A DNA stretch of 49,746 nucleotides, counting the filler, from Sphacelaria rigidula (lineage: Eukaryota), in the NCBI GenBank assembly GCA_964200075.2. It is 2 parts of 2 records of this genome, joined end to end, with 100 filler letters (N's around TTAATTAATTAA, not from the genome) between each part and the next. Parts side by side here need not be neighbours in the genome. Positions count along the whole stretch, not along the records: positions 24,938 to 49,746 come from CAXNAA020000190.1; 1 more part is not named here. One strand, written 5' to 3'. Within the stretch, counting starts at the first letter, position 1, and every line of letters starts with the position of its first letter. Below, one piece after another: positions 37,782 to 49,746 of the stretch. A model generated the notes under the pieces. It saw only the letters and a list, made by a program, of their open reading frames with translations. It did not search any database and had not been told where the DNA came from. The translations under genes were made by a program, and so were the position numbers.

Positions 37782-39835
37782 GGTGCCTCGCTACAGCTGT
37801 TCTCTACGCGTTGTTTTGAGCCGTCGTCTCTCCCAAGGCGACTAATCCCTGCAGGACCGCGGTACCTCGGTGGGGCGGGCGCGGGTGGGTAAACTGTACT
37901 GTCCTGTACTGCTGTCTTCTGTCCTGATTTTCACGCCCCAATTGAATTACTTCTAAAATAGAACTCTCACTAAGGCAGGTATGCTGTATAGGAAAGCTCC
38001 TGCTACTCGTACGCCTCCCACTGGAGACAACTTCTACACTCGAATCGCGGAACTGGGCGGGACAGAGAAAGGCTGTCGGCAAAGAGTCATCAATCGCGTG
38101 AGCCCCAACCATTTTCCATTTTAAAGTACGATATTTTGTATGCGTAGCACCGACACGTCTATGACTTGTGGTTCCGTTACTTATTGCTGTTCATCAGATA
38201 CTTATTTTCATTATTATTTCCCATCAACCGTACCTTTGAACGTACGATGTTGTAACATGCAGGTGGTACAGGTCAAACGTGTCATACAACGTCGATCTTA
38301 GTTTGACCTTACATACAACTTCGATCTCAGTTCGCTCCTCTATAAACACCTTGCCCCCATTTTTCAGGATCGCTGTTCTTCGGACGAATCACGCGAAAGT
38401 CGATTTAATTCAATGAACCTTATTGCTCCAGTGAACGAGTCCGAGGCCGTCATTTTGTAGACCCCGACAAGGCGGTGCGTTGCACACAGTGGCGAGCAAG
38501 AGGGTCGTAGTCCAGTGGACCACGATTTGGCGAGGAGCGATCAACGCTGATATCCTCTCCAAAGAAATCGTTCTCGTGCTCAGATGCTCCCGCTCTGTTT
38601 GGTGAGACAGCGTTCAGCATTCCATGCATCTTCGTTCTCATCTTCGAAACTCTCGAACCCAAGCTGATACAGTTCGAATTTGTATTTTGTAAACACCAGA
38701 CAATGCTTCCACGGAAGATCAGTGGCCGGGAGGGCCAAATACGTGCTGTGGTTGTTGGGTCGAAGTCGTGGATGTAGTAGGGAATAGTACACGCAGATGA
38801 GTTGATGGTGATCCTCTCGTAGAAGTCAGGTCTCAGCTAGCAAGCTTCAAGCTCCATCACTGTCGCACAAAACCCTTCGCTGTATCATGTTATATTAATA
38901 GTTGTCCGTGGCTACTTACTTGCTCAATGCAATGAGGTTTCCGACGTCAGGAACCTGCCTCGCACCTCACACTTTTCTCGCATACAGCTCGAGTCTAAGG
39001 AGCAGGCGGAGACCGCGTGAAGTTTGCTGAAATAGTTTGTTTCACAAGGATGAATGAAATCGCCCGAGATGAATAATACAGCAATCGATAACTTGCTGAA
39101 CAGCTGTCACGTGCGGGGCAACGCTTTGATCTTGTCGATAAACAGACGGTAGCTCTTGTAGTACAGGGCGGAGAGGGGCTTACTACCTCGTAGTTCAGGG
39201 CCGAAAATACCCTACCGGCTGCAGTCTGTGAGCCACCTTCCCCCGATCCCCAAGTTAGGGAAAAGCTCGTTGTGGGCAAGGCTGGGGGAGAGGGGACGGA
39301 CGGCTATGTCCCTCTTTTGAGGACGGGATCGTGGGCGGGATACTCCTCAGATGGTGTAGATAATGGCGATAGTAGGTCCTGTACAGAAACAATATAATGG
39401 TGTAGTCGTATGAGGTCGGCAACCCACCGCACTGCATTATGGTGGGACCCTCACGGCATGTGTGTACTGTTAGGGATGCGAGTCCGGGGGGTGTTATCCT
39501 ACGAAAAGTTTCCAGGTTGCTCGACGATACTCTTCGACCTCATTAGCCGACCGATCTCCGTTTCCTTCTTCCCGTATGAACATGTAGTGAGAAAATTCGC
39601 ATCCTTCCCCTTTGAGTGAAGAAATCGAACGTTCAGGCTGCGCCTTCCCTGTTCAGACGCTATGTACACCTTCACACCCGACACAGGGTGGGCAGGCACC
39701 TCACTCTTTTTTCAAGTGATTTTAAAGCGTACGGAGAACACCTGCAAAACACGCTCATGTCCCTCTCTGTTCTGCTGAGCGCGGGACATTCCCTGAAAGG
39801 AGCGTAGCAGCCTACTGCTTTGGGATTTGAAGCAT

Positions 39836-40219
39836 TGTGTTGTGTGTGTGTTGCGTTGTCGTCCCATCTATTCTGGGCGCGCTGGTCTACACCCTTCGGT
39901 GTATGTGGGCGCACCAGCCGGGGTCACACAGGAAGAAGGTCAACACAGGAGCTTTTTCTTTTTTATTTATTTTTAGTACCCCACCTCCTTTCTGCGGTGC
40001 TTGCATTTATTTTTTATCATGAGAGGAGTTTAGCAGTCTCTTTCCCTCGTCGGCCGTGAAGTCGAATTTTGTGAACCCACGACATACTCGCTTCCCACTG
40101 TACTGTTGGGCTTTGTGGGAGAAAAATCCCAGGTCGCTCCGAAAATTGAACCCAAAAATTGAACCCACGACCCAAACGTCAGAAGGTTCCGAGGTTACCA
40201 ACTGAGCCACCGGGGCGAC
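39836..40219 (-). mobile_element. tRNA-derived SINE, apparently full length
   Basis: Minus-strand head gtcgccccggTGGCTCAGTTGGtaacctcggaaccTTCTGAcgtttgggtcgtgGGTTCAAtt has A-box and B-box-like motifs, followed by a unique body and a (CA)-rich tail. A second copy lies at about 49050-49305. Confidence 0.8.
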
Positions 40220-41074
40220 AATAAAATATTTGAAGCATTGGACACAGCATACAGTATTATCGGGTTCTGTTGGTCAGTTGTGCTAGGTCTTCTGTATCCG
40301 TGCCACCATCTGAGTCATACATACCATTTTCAAGTGAAGCTGATGTCGATTCAACAGATGACCTACCCTCGCCGTATATGGGTAAAACCCTTTTGGGATC
40401 CACGGACGATTTTTGTTTTTGTGAATCGGCATCATTTTGACTTGAAAGTGGCTGAAAATAATGCCGATGTACAAAAACAAAAATCGTAGATGTGTTTCAA
40501 AAGGGTTAACAAAACAACGCAGATGTGCCGAGGAAGGGGAAATGCTACTGCACATGCATTTACACTGGAGACGACCTGCCCCCCTCCACCTCGCGTAGCA
40601 TTTCTAGATCCTGGTGCCAACTGTATGCCTCACGCCCATGAAAAAACGGGAAAACGCTCCCCACTTTCAAAGATGGTTACCTACATAAAATTGTACTGTA
40701 CTTCTCTTCTTATTATTTCCGCACATTTGTCCGATCTCTCGAACCCGTGGTCACAGACGTAGGCTCGTCTTTCTAATACCGTCCCTGCTATTCCTTACAA
40801 GACATTCTTTAATTGGATTGTTGGAGCAGCTGTCTCTCTTCTTCCGGTGCCTAAATCCACCATGTATATCCGATTGTGCTGGATCCGACTCCTACTTGGA
40901 TGTAACCCGATTTCTAGACCACCATTTTGTAACGATTCGTCCCGATCCGCAAGCCTCACATCCCGCTATGCTCTGATCCTCCAGTTTTAGAGCTGGTGGC
41001 TCTCCAAACGTTTCGCGTAGTCTGACCCTCGGTGATACCTATAGACAAGGGGAAGAAATGCAGTGGGGGGAGTG

Positions 41075-41424
41075 TCCACTGTCGACTTTTCCATCCTTTC
41101 CTCGCTCACTTCCTTGCCTGCACCGGTTATATATACTGACTCAAGCTCGGGGACAAAGCTCCTAGATCCGTCTCTGGCCCCTGTGTCCCCCGGTTCGCGA
41201 GCTCCTTCCTCCGGGACGGCTTGACTCACAGTGTACTGGCGGTCTCTTCAAACTCCGGCATCACGTCCGGAGTCAAGCCGTCCCGGAGGAAGGAGCTCGC
41301 GAACCGGGGGACAAAGTGGCCAGAGACGAAGGATCTGGCAGCTTTGTCCCCGAACCTAAGTCAGTCTTTATAACCGATGCAGGCCAGGAAGTGAGCGAAG
41401 AAATTATTGAAAATTCGACAGTGG
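41075..41424. repeat. ~350-bp inverted repeat with a perfect 44-bp inner stem
   Basis: 41184-41227 is the exact reverse complement of 41270-41313; the outer arms are diverged but alignable. Confidence 0.9.
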
Positions 41425-41479
41425 GAGAGAAGACAAGACTGTACTGCATCGTACTCGTCTTATTCTGTTATGCTTTAAG

Positions 41480-43060
41480 TTCGGCTCCGCCTGTCTGTGC
41501 GATCACCTCGTCTGTTACATCGGCATAGTTTTCACTTGAAGACTGAATGCAAGACTCAGATGGCCCACCTTGACGGTCAGAGGGTTCTCCTGTTGGGCTG
41601 GCGGGAGGAGCGGTCATGCTCTCCGAAAATTTTGTCGTAATCTGATTCTTGGTGATACCCGTAGGCAACGGGAAGGAATGCAGCGAGGCGGAGTAAGGAG
41701 GCTACTCTGTACCGTCCTGTACTGTACAGCATCGTGCTGCGTTGTACTATGTACTCTCTGTGCGTTTCAATTCGGCTTTATCTACAATACGCACACACGT
41801 CACCCCCAGGGTGGGTCATCTGTTGAATCGTCAAAATTTTCACTTGACAAATGAAAAATGTACAGGCAGTACGGCCTTGAGCGATGCGCAAGGGCAGAGT
41901 TTCTCCTGGAGCTCGCTTTCGAATCGACCCGACTGATCTTCGTCAAAACAAGAACAACCTGATAAGACACACCCTAAGTCCGCTTCGCGTGGCAAACTAA
42001 AGATTGAAATCTGAAAAACCGCCTCTGTGGAACTACCGCGTCGTTTTATGCCCTGAAAGGGAGCTCGGCGGATTTTGACACCTTGAAAGGCCTTGCTGTA
42101 CCCGATGAAATCGTTTCAGCACACCTGCGCGTTTTCCCGGTGGTCACTGTTTTTTCTTGGCTAAACTTGCATTCCCCCCCTGGAGACTGCTCATTTTTCT
42201 CGGAGACCAGTCAAGTCCAGCTGGGCTTCGCAAATTATTGGGTGGACTTGACCGACTTGACCGGTCTCCGAGTAAAATGCAAGTCTGGCCGGGAAAAAAA
42301 GCGCGACGATCGGCAAAACTCGCAGGTGTGCTGGAACCGTCTCATGGAGTACCGCAAAGTGTTTCAAAATGTCAAAACCCGCCAAGCTGTCTATCAGGGC
42401 GTGAAACGTCGCAGAAATTTCAAATTGCAGTTGTCCTGTTTTTTTCTCCTTGGTTGCCGTAGGACGCAGCCTAACAGTTCAAAAATCAAGCATAACTGTG
42501 CAGCACTGATTGATGTGCAAATCGCTTAAAACACATATAGTTTTTCTAAGAAAAATGTGTGTCCGCTCTTCCTGATGGAAAAAGTAAGTAAACCAGTCAA
42601 AAACGAATGATCCATCCGGTCGGCTCAAAAGATAACTTCAGGAGACCTCATGCACACATGACACGCTCTGTCCTAGTGCATTGCTTACGGCTGTACTGTC
42701 GTTACATGATTCATTTATCAAGTGAAATTTTTTCCGATTCAACAGATTATCCACCCTGGGCGTGACGTGTGTCCATAGATGAGGTCAAACTGAAATGCAC
42801 AGAGTACGACGTAGCACAATCCTGTACAGTACAGTGCGGTAGAGATTCGTCTTCTCTCCTCCGCTGCACTCCTTCCCATTGTCTATGAGTGTCACCTTTG
42901 GAGAGCATGGCCTCTTCCTGCTGCCAGCCAAGTATCTCTCAAACTCGATATGGGCCACTTGGGAACCGGCTTTTGTCGAAGCCGGCAGACTTGCGCCATT
43001 TTGGTGCCAGACAGGAGTCACAACTGAACGAAGTGGTTCTGGATCAGGCGCAGCTACCCT
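41480..43060. repeat. ~1.5-kb imperfect palindrome (Foldback-like), centre near 42236
   Basis: Collinear reverse-complement blocks: 42037-42230/42243-42415, 41872-41945/42600-42692, 41794-41872/42692-42771, 41595-41785/42775-42935; similarity is weaker at the outer edges. Confidence 0.8.
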
Positions 43061-43636
43061 CTGTACACGATATTACATGAAAGGAAGGAATTTCGACTAA
43101 GTTTTGTTCACGTTCTCACCAGGTTTTCCTTGTTTATGCCCCGGAATAGGGGCGACATACGCTCTATTTCCTGGGCGAGTGATACAGGTTGACCGCTCGG
43201 CAGCATGGAGGAAGTGGAAACTGTGAAAATCATTTCATAACTTCGACCTAAAACACGCCAAATAATGCAATAAAGGCACGAAAAGCACTTGGAAACGGTC
43301 AAGGGCTTCTACAAACAATTTGGCCCTAAATTACGGCACAGGGGAAGTACATGTTGATCACACGGTAGGCAATGCTCCGAGAGGGGGATAGGGGGCAGGT
43401 GCGCCCATTTGCTCTGTACTTTTATAACATGAGAAGGCAACTGCTACCAATACCCACACCTATATTGTCCTTGACGCGTTCATCAGCCGGTCCTAGTGCC
43501 TCAGCGATAGAGTTCATCTTGGCCTGCACAAGGACGCGAGGGAGATCGCCGTAGATTGATAACAGAGAACATGACAGTTATCGCGAGCATAGAACGTGCC
43601 GTGGATGTCTTGCAAAGGAACCCAAGTATGAAAATG

Positions 43637-44132
43637 CTACTTTGCGTTTAAGGCGATGGCGGACCACCCGCGCGCGACTACCCCAGCTTGAACGATGACT
43701 AACTCCCCCGACTGCAAGCGTGTGATGGGTGTGGGTGCCATGTATTCGACAGGCGATATCAGCTCGACACCAACGCGCCGGTCAATTTCAGTCCGTACAA
43801 ACGGAGGTTCGACATATTCCGATTCGGTGAACCGGAATTTGTCGGATCTCCGTTTGTACGGGCCGAAATTGACCGGCGTCTCGGTGACTAGCTGATATCC
43901 CCTGGCGATTACCATGGCACTCATCATGCTAAACTTCTGTCGTTGCGCACCAAAAAACATATCGATGATCACCTCTCGTCACGCCTGTGAAAGTGAGCTT
44001 ATCGACACGTTGTCAGTCGCCTACTTGTTGCACCCATTGCGCGTTTGTAGTCGGGAGAAGTAGCCATCGGCCAACAAGCTGAGGTAGTCAGTCGCACAGG
44101 TGGTCCGTCATCGCCTCGAACGCAAAGGTAGT
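43637..44132. repeat. ~500-bp foldback with a very small loop (about 43826-43828)
   Basis: gccggtcaatttcagtccgtacaaacggag pairs with ctccgtttgtacgggccgaaattgaccggc; outer arms are 43637-43731 and about 44031-44132. Confidence 0.85.
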
Positions 44133-47100
44133 GATGGCACCGTTCTCAGCTGGTGCAACACGCCGCCGCTGCTGATTCTGCGGGTTGGGATGCCGAGAGG
44201 AACCTAACACATGCACTCAAAAATCACACATGACAACGTGACGACCCAGGATGAGAGAACAAAAAATCCACCTGGACACGACAGACGGGAGAAAATGAAG
44301 CCCCCTGCCTCCCTTCGCCAGTCGGCGTGCTTATTTCATCCCCACAGAAAAGATGGAAGAAGTCCAGCAGGCACATGAAAAATCACCGGCCATTCCTATC
44401 GAAGCGATTTTTTTTCTCAATATCAATCTGTGCCTATTGAAGGCGTCGGGAATGTAGCGGGTACTCCGTCGCGTAGTACACTCGCTAGTGCGTCTGCTGT
44501 CCTCCTACGAACTTCGGTACTTGTGTTTTCCTTGTTGGCACATCTGATGTGTTTGTTCCACCACACCCTGACCAATGCGGGGGCAGGCTTTTCTCTTCTG
44601 TTCTCTTCGCTTTTTTGGTATTTTATTTTTGTGTTTTTGGCTAGCCTCAAGTATTATTTATTGATTATTCGCGCGCGGACCCAAGGAAAAATATGCCAAA
44701 AGTTAGGCCCTGTCTCACCGAGACGAAAAAAAGGAAGTGTAGAACAAAATAGGCATCCAAAAGTATGTTGGTTGGTGGCAGGGCGGGTCTATGGTAGTGG
44801 TGACTTATAAGCATGCTATTAAGCGCTTCCTTCGTTTCTCATTTTTTCTTCTTCTCGAAAGACCGGGCATTAGCTTTTACGATCGAAAGCATGCAGCGGG
44901 AAGGCGTAAAGGGACACTTGGCTCTTATGTCGCCGACCACTACGTCAGACGTCACCTGTTCACAGAAACCATGCATCCCACACAATTTACACTCAGCTAC
45001 CACCGCAACCCAGCAGCATAGAGCACCAGTTGAGCACAGAGATACATACACTCGAGTAATTGGCAACTGGCACTGTCAACATTTTGGCGTGATGTGTTAC
45101 TTTTGTGTTGACGAAACCTCAGCATTTTTCGTGCTAGATGTCGAAGACGGAATTGCGTGGTGGGGTAGGCGACCGAGGTGAGGTCACACTCATGAAAAGT
45201 ACAGGTAGTAAGCAACTGCAGGTTGTTCTAATCTTCACATCCTACCGTATGCAGCGAGTACAGATAACCCTGTGCTGTCTCTACACTGCACGTTTCCCGG
45301 TTCTTGTCATCCCACTGTACGAAACACACACGCACTGTATGCAGCCAGTACAGACAGTATTGTTTGTCTGTGCCGCTTCGCAAATTTCACCGTATTTTTT
45401 TCGTTCAGAAGCTTGCGAATTCGCTCGGACCTGAACCGCGCAAAACGAACGAATTCGATGAATCTGTTCCGCCGCACTTTCGCGTTCGATCGGAAACGAA
45501 TTTGGTGAAGGCCCGTCTCATTCTGACGGAGCATTCGGCAGATGCAGCTACGAATTCGAAGCTGTGTGATGCGGACGCCCTGAAAATTTCAATTTGATGG
45601 CTCAACGATGGACGTAGAATGCTACACTCATCATACTTTGAAAAAGCATGTATTTTTGTGTCTGAATGTCGCGCTCAGAAGCCATGGGAGGTCATTATCG
45701 CGAACATTCGCCATACTTCGAACGTCCGCGGCACTAATGTCAGAACATTAAGACTTTAGATGCTCGAGGACTTGAACCTTCTCCCCCGCCCTCAAAACGT
45801 TTGGATAAATGTAGCAGGAGGAATAACGGAAACCTGGATTGTGACCCCTGTATGAAGTGCGCAGTAAGTAAGTCACTTCCGTACTCCTCTGTGATGATAT
45901 ATGATGGGCACAAAAACTATACTGGATCCACCAACTGCTTGATCTCATGCTGGCGCACTAGAACAGGTGTACCAGCCGAAGATACCGAGTATTTGGATCA
46001 TCTGGCTATTTGACTCCGCCGAAGTCCCAGAGTGCCGCAGAGTACTTGGAAGTGCTGAGGCCTCAGTGTACGCGATGTCGTATTGGGGGTATTCGGTGTA
46101 ATGCTCAGTATCGCTCAGTACCTGGAGTATTGACTCGTGCATAGTGCTGGGTACTCCAAAGTATCTCAAGTACCCATCACCCCGAAAATTCGGTCTGGTA
46201 CCCGGGAGTCTTCAGTGGCACACTCGGCACCCCCAGTACATGGAGTACGAACGTACTGAAATAACGAGTATTGAAGTACCGGAAATATGAGCACCCCCAG
46301 CACGGACTGGGACCCTAGGTATCACATTTGGAGCTTTTCATACGACACGCAGAAATCATCATGATGATACACAGAGGAAAGGATGGTATTAATAGTGGTC
46401 CTGTTTCACCAATTTCCCCCCGTAAGAATCGGGCTGTTTTCGGCCTGAATGCTGGCAGACCTTCGGGAAAAATATTTTGCTGGGGACATAAGGAAAAGGA
46501 CCCTTGCTGCAACCATCCAGCGAGGTGCTGGCGAGGTGTGCATATCTTTCGCTGTCCTGCCTGACCGTTAAAATGCTTGAAAAATGACAAAAATCGACGA
46601 ACTCGTCCCGAGGTGGCAGGAAGTGAAAGTCAAGTGAACACCACCACATCCCGCAGCCATGCCATTTCATGATGTTTTCGGCTACGATAGTTGAAAAGAT
46701 ACGTGATACACAGGAAAATCCATGACTTGGTCTGGCATGTCTTTTATTTCAGGCAACAAGATATGAAGACTACTGTACTTGTTGTATGACCAGTCGTGGG
46801 GTCGCGCTGAGTAGCTACATGACAAGGAGGATATCCTGAATTTCGTATTGATCATCATATGAGAAATCAACGGTTTGCCAACTGTGATATAATTCCAGCG
46901 GCTTGGCACTGCCTTTTACGAACTCGAGGTTCTGCTTTTCGATTGCTTGTTCGCTTACTTATGGACATTTTGAGTACTGCGTCCAAGTGTTACGGATATT
47001 GATGACGTCACATGAAAGAGTTCTTGCAGAGACCTTGCGAAATCCAGCTTGTGGCTCCCAACGAGATCAGGTCTCTGTTAATTTTGTTCGAATCCGTACA

Positions 47101-49049
47101 ATTCTGGAGGGTATTTCATGATTGATGTGGGCTGTATCGCATGCCAACCGCGCGCGTAAGTCTAGCGTTTGGAAAAAAAACAGACTTTGACGGAACTGCA
47201 CAGCCAACATGCGTGGGTGTGGGGCACAGGGTGAAGCAGCTCCCAAATCGCATGGGCACAGCTGTACAGTTGGTGTCGCCCCCCACGACCCCCCGCCGGC
47301 CGGTCCTCTACGTCGACCTTAACAGCCTTGCTTCAGCGTGCGCACGAGATGCTGCACGTAAAGAAATGTGTTTAGATCCCGGAGCCGGTGCGGCACACGC
47401 CCAACATGAACACTGCGGTAATACGAAAATCCAAGAGTATCGACGAGCCAGTGTGTCTTGTGTCTTGTGTCGTGTGTCTTGTTCCAGTATCTTCTTTTGC
47501 CGAAGCAAAGTCGGTCCCAGTCGAATTCATCTCGGAAAGCTCTCGTTTTCACAACACCTGGGCTGTTTTGTAGAGCGGGGGCTCTTGACAGCTATTTTCA
47601 AGGTTGAAATTATCACGACAGGGATTTTATCGCGCCCTGCTTACAGGGCACAGTTGTCCCTTCTTTGATATCAGGGTGTGTGCTCGTGTACTTGTTGGAC
47701 ACATTTTCACGTACTGATGTACCGCGGTATATTTCGCTTTGCACGTACTGTCCTGTTAGTGGTGGGATGGACGGAGGCCTCCTGCCGCTGCGGCAGGTGT
47801 CCGCACGGTTGAGAGGACCCTCGTGCTCTCAGGTTGGCTTCGAGACCAGCTTTAGAGTACGATACTCAACCTTTCACGCTTTGCTTGCGGCAGATTTTTC
47901 CAGGGTGGGTGGGATGATCAATATCTGTTCCCGTATTTTTCTGACTTCAGGGCTGGTTATGTCGCTACTCCCCTTGGCACCGGTATGTGGGGTCACTCCA
48001 GGAGCGCTGTCTCAGTGCTTTTTCCTATCCTGAAACCGCTACTTCGGAATGGAAACCCGTAGTACCTGCCATCAGGCCAGCGGAACGTATTTATGCTTCT
48101 CCCCGTTAAAAGATGTGGAAACCGCACCTACCCCCCATTTTACCTGTTTCTCACCCTGGCCACCCTACTGCCTCAGACCGACTTGGCATGTAAAACGTGA
48201 AATGCGTTCGTAATAATACCCCTGCCGCCTGCAGGCGGTGCGATGCCCATATACCCGCTCTTGAACGGTCTGTGCCCGCGCGCATATCCTCGTCCTCGCC
48301 CGTTTGCGGTTGCTGATAAGGTTTTACACCCCCCACATAACTCTGCTATTTTTATCGTTCAGACGATGCATCTGGATATGTATGCACAGTGCCTTCCTTT
48401 GACTCTCTCTGCACCTTTTGCCACTGCGTAGAGGCGCCGTCCTCGCTGTCATGTAGATTTCAACGTGCTCCCGATTCTCCACGAGTCTCTTCCTTTGGCC
48501 TAATTCTTGCACCTCTTTTTTTCTCCCAGCGGTTTTGATGGTATGCACCCGGCCTAGCTGTATAAATCACGAAGCCATTCATAACCCCCCCCCCCTATTT
48601 TACAAACGTTGCACAGATTTGAGCTCTTGCCGCTTCAACGCATGTGTATTCTGCCCGCTCGAATCGCTGCTACGCCTTCCTCTTCTCTACCCTCATGCCG
48701 GTACGGCGTGCCTAGCATCTAAACCGCAGTATGTCGCATAGCCGCCGCGTTCACAGAGCATGCAACATGCAGAAGCAAACTGAAAAGCTTTCAACTTGAT
48801 ACATACGCAGATGCACCTCCAACCGTCTTACCCTTGACTCCAACCGCCAATTATAACATAACACGGAGTTCCTCATGCTCGTATTCCCGCCTGTCTATTC
48901 CATGGCGCGCCGTAGTTGTGCCTCGAGTCCCCGTAAACCTTTTTCCTACTCGGCTGTACGCATACACAAGCATGTGCTCATCAAATTTGCCATCGCAAGT
49001 ACCCGTTGTTTCCTGCCGTGCCCGAAATTTGCTAATTATCTGTGCCATT

Positions 49050-49305
49050 CACACATGCCCAATAGTGGAGAGCGACTTTGTCGGGGGTACACAAATTTCG
49101 ACTTGAGGGTAGACGAGGGAAAGGGACCGCTGAACCCCTCTCGCGATTGAAAAAATGAAGCCAAGCATCGCAGAAGGAGGGTTGGGAACTGAAAACGAAT
49201 AAAAAAGCTCCTGGGTGACCCCGGCTGGTGCGCCCACACATACCGAAAGCTGTACACCGGCGTCCATAATAGACGGGACTTCAACACACACACACGCACA
49301 CACAG
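49050..49305 (+). mobile_element. 5'-truncated copy of the same SINE family
   Basis: Body (gacgagggaaaggga...gcagaaggagg...gtgaccccggctggtgcgcccaca) matches the reverse complement of about 39860-40110, ends in a (CA)n tail, and lacks the tRNA-like head. Confidence 0.78.
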
Positions 49306-49746
49306 TCACAACCGGTACTCCCTCAGATATTCGACTTCTCACCCTTCGATTCGCTGCACCACTCAATTGATCAATTACCTCATACCATCATCATCGAAAG
49401 ACCTCGAACACCCCCTCTCGTTTTCCCCTCCCTGGCGCTTGCTGCTTCCCCTTGGCGATAATACTCATTCTGCCCCCGGGTTTTGTCTTTACCGCTTCGC
49501 TGCTTACTTCGAGACCGCCGCTCTCTGGCAGTGTGCTTTCTCGTGCCCCACCCACTTGCATCTCGTATATCTTGTCCAAGCACATTACGCGAAGCGGTTC
49601 TGGGACGGGCCGTTCGCTCCGTCACAGTTGTGGCATAGAGGATCAACTATCGAGGGGGGGGGGGGCGGGGGGGGGGGGGTTCCCTACCCTTTGCATTTTT
49701 ATCTGATCCTGTTTTTTCGGCCCTTTTTTCTTCTTTTTGGGCGTGG

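Noticed and set aside
40150..40219. tRNA-like sequence as a functional tRNA gene
   Set aside because: No complete acceptor stem, duplicated B-box region, and it runs directly into a repeated SINE body.
40987..41528. Two similar short ORFs on opposite strands (ARD..SFVPE..SV.IT.AG.EVSEE)
   Set aside because: The similarity is just the two arms of the inverted repeat.
43637..43972. 111-aa ORF (MIIDMFFG...)
   Set aside because: Lies entirely within a DNA palindrome, with no recognisable domain or supporting splice structure.
45970..46312. GTACT/GTATT-rich degenerate repeat, possible MITE
   Set aside because: No convincing TIR pair or TSD could be defined.

Overview
Eukaryotic, intron-rich genomic DNA. 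Long GT-AG introns, a CXIP4 orthologue and the interspersed repeat types suggest a brown alga (Phaeophyceae); this is inference. Two spliced minus-strand genes can be built with phase-consistent junctions. (1) A roughly 2,900-aa putative chromatin reader (about 296-24102, 9 exons, 3' end uncertain) with an N-terminal Tudor-like domain, a long Thr/Lys/Pro/Ala tandem-repeat tract, an RGG box and three CW-type zinc fingers. (2) A 271-aa CAX-interacting protein 4 (CXIP4)-like zinc-knuckle/RS-rich protein (27488-37781, 6 exons). Non-coding DNA holds two copies of a tRNA-derived SINE, a MITE with an 8-bp TSD and a ~72-bp tandem-repeat core, a second small TIR element, and a dense set of long foldback palindromes (mainly 36.2-44.1 kb, including one of about 1.5 kb). 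An artificial 100-bp N/TTAATTAATTAA/N spacer at 24838-24937 means the two halves may not be adjacent in vivo. No prokaryotic systems, CRISPR arrays, rRNA or intact tRNA genes were seen.
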